In this document: piece after piece, positions 46,756 through 52,017 of the stretch
How positions within the stretch are numbered: position 1 is the stretch's first letter
Layout of the letters: the number at the start of each line of letters is the position of its first letter
Source of the DNA: Nemertoderma westbladi
Lineage: Eukaryota > Animalia > Xenacoelomorpha
DNA length: 52,017 bases
Direction of reading: 5' to 3'
NCBI GenBank assembly: GCA_032718475.1
Contig: JAUCBJ010000952.1
Span: 1 to 52,017, forward strand
The notes under the pieces: generated by a model
Told to the model about the DNA's origin: nothing
Seen by the model: the letters and a program-made list of their open reading frames with translations, nothing else
Databases searched by the model: none
Position numbers and translations under genes: made by a program

Positions 46756-49700
46756 CTAGCGGATAATTGTTTGTCTGATAGTTTCTGTTAATCTGATAGT
46801 TTTCTCCGTTAATTCTTTGTCTAGTGCAGCTTGTTCCACCTGACAGTGTCTTAAGGTTTCGTCTTCTACGGGCGTTGTTGAGGTCATTGGTTGAGGTAGA
46901 CTCTCAAGCCTTCCGGCGTCATCATCTATCGTTGATGGAACCTCTGTCTGACTCCGCTCCTTCTCAAGTTCTACGCTCCGCTGGTGGATTTGCTGCTCCT
47001 TGTGACTTATCATACTCACTACACATGTCGTACTTGTGTCCTTGTTGTGTTTTGTCACTTGTGTAGTATGGTCTTTGTCATGTGAAAAGGAATGAATTGA
47101 AGTTGTAGTTAATAAACTACATGTACTTTGTACATCATCCTCTTCGTCACTTATATCTAGTGTGCGCACAGGCGCTCGAGTAAACCAACCTATCGGCATT
47201 CTTCAGGCGTATGCATTTCCTGCTACGACTACCGATGGTCTGGTTTCCCACACTTGATGTAAATTGAATTGATCTGTCCCGATCAGCATTGCTACCGATC
47301 TATAATTGACAGGACATTCAGGTACACCAAGGTGTCTGAAATACTTACGATCCTCTAAGGATTGTTCCGGCACTGGACCCAGTAGGTTACTAAAGTCCTT
47401 GGTGGCCGCAAAAGTCAAATCCTTAAAGGGTAACAAAGACCTCTCCTTTTCGCTGTGTTGCGATTTCGGAAGAAGAGTGTCTAAGTTTAACTTAACTCGT
47501 GTCACTGGTATTGCACGTTGTCCATGCATACTACTTATGGTGTAACTGACGTTCTTACCTTGTCGGAGATCCGTCACGACATCAGCTACCTTCTCATCCA
47601 CATAGCTGTGAGATGAGGCTGAATCCAGGATAGCGTAGATCCTTTTGCTCCCTTTGGTGCCAGTAATCTTAATAGGAATTACGCTGAAACCTTTTAGTTG
47701 ATCAGTCGTCAGAAGCGCGATCGATGGTTGTTCGTCTCCGACTGAGTATGCGTCGTCGTCCTCGGTTTCTTCGTCAGAAGACCCGGACTGCTCCGGAAAA
47801 CAATCCCGAATATGCGTCACAAAAGTTGGAGTCATTCTCGATTCACGATTCTTGTAGGCTGTATTACATTTCGCTGCTGCTTCCGGGTGTTCCCTAGTGA
47901 AGCGTTTGGTCGGCGTATGGCTGTCTGTATGGAGTAAGCCGTCGTGGTTGCGTCCACAGGAAGGACATGTGTCGGTATTTGGGCAGTCCTTACGGACGTG
48001 TCCGTGTTGCGTACACCGCCAACAAGAGTCCAATGGCCGTATCTGCAGCCATCGTTCTTCCGAGTTTAACTCGCGAAATAACCGACAACCTCTTAACTTA
48101 TGAGTGGTGTGCCGCTTGCCTAGCTGCTCGCAGTATTGGCAACCGCTAAAGACTGTGCTCAGTTGCTGTCTGGTCTGTTTTATCCCAATAGGTGCGGATA
48201 CTCTATTACCGTCCGAAAATTGTCGAGTTTCCGTCGGTGTAGCGTAAGTGGTGGATGTTGTCTGGGGTTTCTGTTGGTTCGAGGATGGTAAGGTTATTCC
48301 CTCCGCTACGATATGTTGGTCAGTATAGTTGGATCGCGTCTCTACCACCGCTTCCTTGGATATTAAAAGGTATATATCTTCCAGTTTTAAGAATCCACCC
48401 CTTTCTTCGTGCTGGAATTCGATCTTCCTCCATTCCCGACGAAGTCGATGGTGGAGTCTCCCTATGATCTTTAATAGGACTGTAGGAGTGTTCGCGTAGT
48501 CAAGTTGTCCAATTGAGCGTAGTGTAGTAATGGCGTTCTTAATCTCGTCAGCTAATTTCAGTAAGTCAACGGGTTTTGTAATAGCCCCCCCCCCCCCCCC
48601 CCCTTACAGAGTTCTTCTATCACTGACTTGGCCATACTGACTGTACCTCCGTGAATCGAAGTTAAGCGATCGTACGCTAGTTCGAAGGCGTCTGGTATTC
48701 ACACAGCGATCTGGGATTCAATGTAGTCCACGAACGTGTGCCAATGTTTGGAGCTACCGGAAAACTTAGGTGGTTGTTGCACCGGTAGTCCTTGTCTAGC
48801 TGCGAATTTCGCTATTTCCTCGGCAACATTCAAAGTTTCGCGTCCTTGTTGGGCAATCGAGTTGATGTTTTCTCTTCTTGGCGCTCTTCTTTGTTACAAG
48901 GTGTTTCCTGAGGGTTGCTTTCTTTGCTGCTTCGGGTGTCTAGAGTGTTCAAATTCGATGTTTCGCGAACTATCAGTTTGAGTTTCTTCTAAACGTTCCT
49001 CTATCTGGGCCAACTTGTCTACAACTGGTCGCATTAGATCGGCGAATTGTTGCGTGCTAATCGCGTCCGTTGGTTGTGATGCTTTCTGTGTTGGTGTATT
49101 TTGTGGAGGATTGTCGATAAAGGAATTATCTGAACGCTCACGTTTACATTCGTCAGCCCCTCCTGTTCTAAATACCTCGCGTTCCGGGTAATCCGATTCA
49201 CTCGAAGTACTACTATCACCTGGATACGGTGGCTGACGTGTTCGTGTCCATTGCGTCGTTCGAATTCTAACATTCCATTTCGGAACATCGTTCGCTGGTC
49301 TCCGTTGTTCGGTAGGCTCACGAGTCTTCCTCGAAGTCGTAGATTGCGATGTAAACTGGTTAAACGGTCGCGTTTCCACTGGTCTCTGTTGTTCGGTAGG
49401 CTCACAAGTCTTCCTCGAAGTCGTAGATTGCGATGTAAACTGAAACGGTGGTCGAGTGACAGCATTTGAATCAACTGGCCGTGTAGGTTTAAACGTCCTT
49501 GGGTACGTGTAGTGCGTAACGGGTTTCGGTGTCGAAGGTGGACTCACCTGTTTAGTTGTCAGTAGTGCAGGTCCAGTCAATAAACTACTACGATCGGTAA
49601 ACGGTGGGTTACTTACCTTGACTTTCAGAATAGGCGATGACGTTGCTCTTGGCGGTATGAACTTGTCCGGAATAACAAACCTGTGTTCCGTCGCACCATA

Positions 49701-51189
49701 TAATATATTACTACTACCCGCAATCGAAACAGGTTCCTTAGTCGTAATTGGTGCAAACATAGGAGTTACTTGTGGGAATCTTTGACATAAGTCTTTAACT
49801 AATTGTCGTTCTCGCCCAGGTGCTCCTACACTTCCTTCCTTCATTCGTTCCTGAATTTGGCGGTGCCTTACCTCTATCTGGTCCAAATCGTGTCCGTCTC
49901 GAGATCTCATCGATCGATCGCGGGCTTTAAGATCCAGATCTTCCTTGGCATTTGCTAATTCTCTCGCCTTCCTTTCAAGTTCGAAATGAAGTTTAGCTTC
50001 CTTTTCTCGTTGTTCCGTCTGTTGTTGTTGTGCCTCGAACTTCGCTTGTCGTATAGCTGACTGAGCCTTTATCTGTTGTTTCCTCAACTCGGCTCGAGCT
50101 TCCGAAACTCGCTTTTGTTCTTCCAACAGATAATTCTTCCAACTCAGCTGTTGCTGCTCGTTGCGCTAACTCAGCTGCCGCTGTTCGCTGTGCTATTTCT
50201 AGCTCTAACCTTTCCATCTCAGCTGCTTCTAGTTCTGCTGCTTCTTGCAGATGAGAGATTCTCGCAACATTTGCGACGCGTAGTTTCTCTTCCTCTACAG
50301 CTGCTTGTACCGTCAGTAGTTGAGTTTGTTCCTCAATTTCAAGCTGTCTGTAGAACTGTTGCTGTTGTTGAGAAATTTCTGACGTGACAATACTCACCTC
50401 GCCAATTTCGCTGCAAATACTCACCAGTGATTGATCTAGTATTCCCGGTGCCAGTTCGATTTGTGCGAGTGAAGTTTCCCTCGTAGCCTCCGGCACGGTT
50501 TCCCAATCTCCGACGTCTTCGCCGCACATACGTAAGTGATCCGTCAGATGTTTCAATTGTCCATCCAGCCTATACATTTCCTGTTCTTCCTCGGGTTGCA
50601 ATAATTCGTCCGAAACTGACTCACCTAACAACTGGTCCACTTGTTCCTGTTGTATGTGTCTAATGGTCGACTTAAACTGAATCAGTTTCTCCCTGGCGAT
50701 CATTAATTTCTCGAGGATTCGAAATTGCGTGTCCGCATCCTGTCTTTGTCTAGCTAAATCTTGTAGACTGATTAGGTTATCTACGGACTTATGTACTCTA
50801 CTTTGTACTCTCACCTGTAGAGTGTAGAACTCGAATCGGGACATCGGAGCGGTCAACTCGTCTAATATGCGTTGGCCTTCTCCAATACTCCTGGTAATGT
50901 GCGCCATGTATCCACCGACGCTTCTAACAACGCTTTCCTGGCTTCCTACTGAACTTACCATGTCCGTTTCCCTGTATCTAGGTTGCGGAACAGTTAGAAA
51001 GTCCTCGGTCCTGCCGTCGCCTCGTACTACGGCATCCGGTACTCCCGTTGGATGTACTGGTGACGCACACGGCGTAGGTTCGGTAGGCTCACGAGTCTTC
51101 CCCTGTGGTTCTTCCGCTGCTGACCTATCCGCGTCACATGAGTCATAGTCGGTAGGTGTATTCTTCGTATAGTCTTGTTTGTCACTCAT
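46756..51189 (-). pseudogene. gag: Bel/Pao gag-protease of copy B (frameshifts and stops)
   Basis: ATG at 51189; coiled coil; knuckles CWRCTQHGHVRKDC and CPSCGRNHDGLLH; protease ILDSASSHSYV, MLIGTD. Lesions near 50126, 48350-48900 (including a poly-C run), 47203 and 46770. Confidence 0.85.
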
Positions 51190-51269
51190 TTCGGTAGTTG
51201 TAAGTCAAGTGAGTGTCAAAGTATCGAATTTACCGTATTTATATCAAAAACGGTACTAATTACAGTCAT

Positions 51270-51402
51270 ATAAAATTAGCCTACCGGCCGATTTTATAGC
51301 AAATGGATAAAATTAGCCTAAACGGCCAATTTTACAGCAAATAAATGTCACGGTATAAGTATATAATAAAATTAGCCTAACGGCCAATTTTATAACAAAT
51401 AA
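51270..51402. repeat. Three copies of about 35 bp in the copy B leader
   Basis: ATAAAATTAGCCTA..CGGCC.ATTTTA.A.CAAAT occurs three times. Confidence 0.8.
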
Positions 51403-51951
51403 ATCGGATAACGATATACGTTACCAAAATATAAATCAAACACAAATAATACGGACTAATTCAGCAATAAACAAAGAAATCGTACGGAATGCATAAATAC
51501 TTGAGACAGTGGAACCCACAATAATTTTAACTAATACGGTAATGCCTAACTGATTAATGCAACTTTTCAAACTCACCCACTCCAATAATTCTCCAGAAAA
51601 ACAGATTCCCAGATACAAACCGGACGTGAACCTTTCCGTTTCCAGCGCTGCGGACGAAGTGCGATTTTCCCAACCAAAATTGTTGAGTTATCTATCTCCC
51701 AAACTCGTGAAACACGGTCTTGCTCCCGTTACAGTCTAGAAATGAGCTCTGAATCCTGAAAAACAAAAGAGTTTGGTTTTACTTTTACGAAAATTTTGTA
51801 CCGGTACAATATGGTATTTAAACCCTTTTAAACACCGGTATTCAATTCCAAATATTTTACGCGTTTCAAATCAAATTTTATTTCAAAAAATTAGCACTTA
51901 GCTAATCAAATACAAATTTTTACCTCAAAATATAAAATTTTCAAATAACTT

Positions 51952-51991
51952 TGGTCCTACTGAACCGTAGTTCAGTAAAACACATTCCTAC
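51952..51991 (-). promoter_or_regulatory. Non-canonical primer-binding region: GTAGGAATGTG followed by a 12-bp c(UACG)g hairpin and CCA
   Basis: Directly abuts the 5' LTR end at 51992. There is no TGG-starting PBS on the sense strand. Confidence 0.55.
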
Positions 51992-52017
51992 TATTGGAAG
52001 AGACAGCAACGTACCCT
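51992..52017 (-). repeat. Inner end of the copy B 5' LTR (truncated by the window)
   Basis: 26 of 26 bases identical to 35939-35964. Confidence 0.9.

Larger units (their letters stand above)
35939..52017 (-). mobile_element. Bel/Pao LTR retrotransposon copy B (at least 17 kb; 5' LTR runs off the window)
   Basis: TATTGGAAGAGACAGCAACGTACCCT at 35939 recurs exactly at 51992-52017. gag-PR-RT-RH-IN and ORF3 lie between, all on the minus strand. Confidence 0.93.

Noticed and set aside
48585-48603. Poly-C run in gag as a Kolobok end or programmed frameshift site
   Set aside because: It is followed by TTAC, not TTAA, and has no partner terminus. It is more likely homopolymer expansion or sequencing error in an already decayed region.
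51952-51967. Conventional tRNA-Tyr PBS
   Set aside because: It lies on the antisense strand relative to gag-pol, points toward the LTR, and matches imperfectly.

Overview
AT-rich, repeat-dense eukaryotic (probably invertebrate animal) DNA. It holds one host gene, a 4-exon secreted fibrinogen-domain protein (6236-8175). The rest is nested repeats: a 46-bp satellite with a Kolobok-type MITE inside it; LINE remnants; an RTE-type LINE split by LTR insertions; an apparently intact spliced Kolobok-type DNA transposon sharing a TTAA site with a piggyBac-like MITE; and two related, very long Bel/Pao LTR retrotransposons on the minus strand. Copy A (13598 to about 35000) is chimeric and lacks most of pol. 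Copy B (35939 to beyond 52017) has an intact RT-RNaseH-IN ORF. The Bel/Pao family is the most unusual part. Both copies carry a roughly 3.6-kb extra ORF after pol encoding a WRN/RNase D-like DEDDy 3'-5' exonuclease plus CCHC zinc knuckles, and a tRNA-like Pol III cassette in the 3' region. A 17-nt motif recurs 13 times across coding and non-coding DNA, in different reading frames. Copy B has no canonical tRNA primer-binding site; in its place are an LTR-complementary 11-mer and a UNCG hairpin ending in CCA. All family assignments come from motif recognition by eye; no database search was run.
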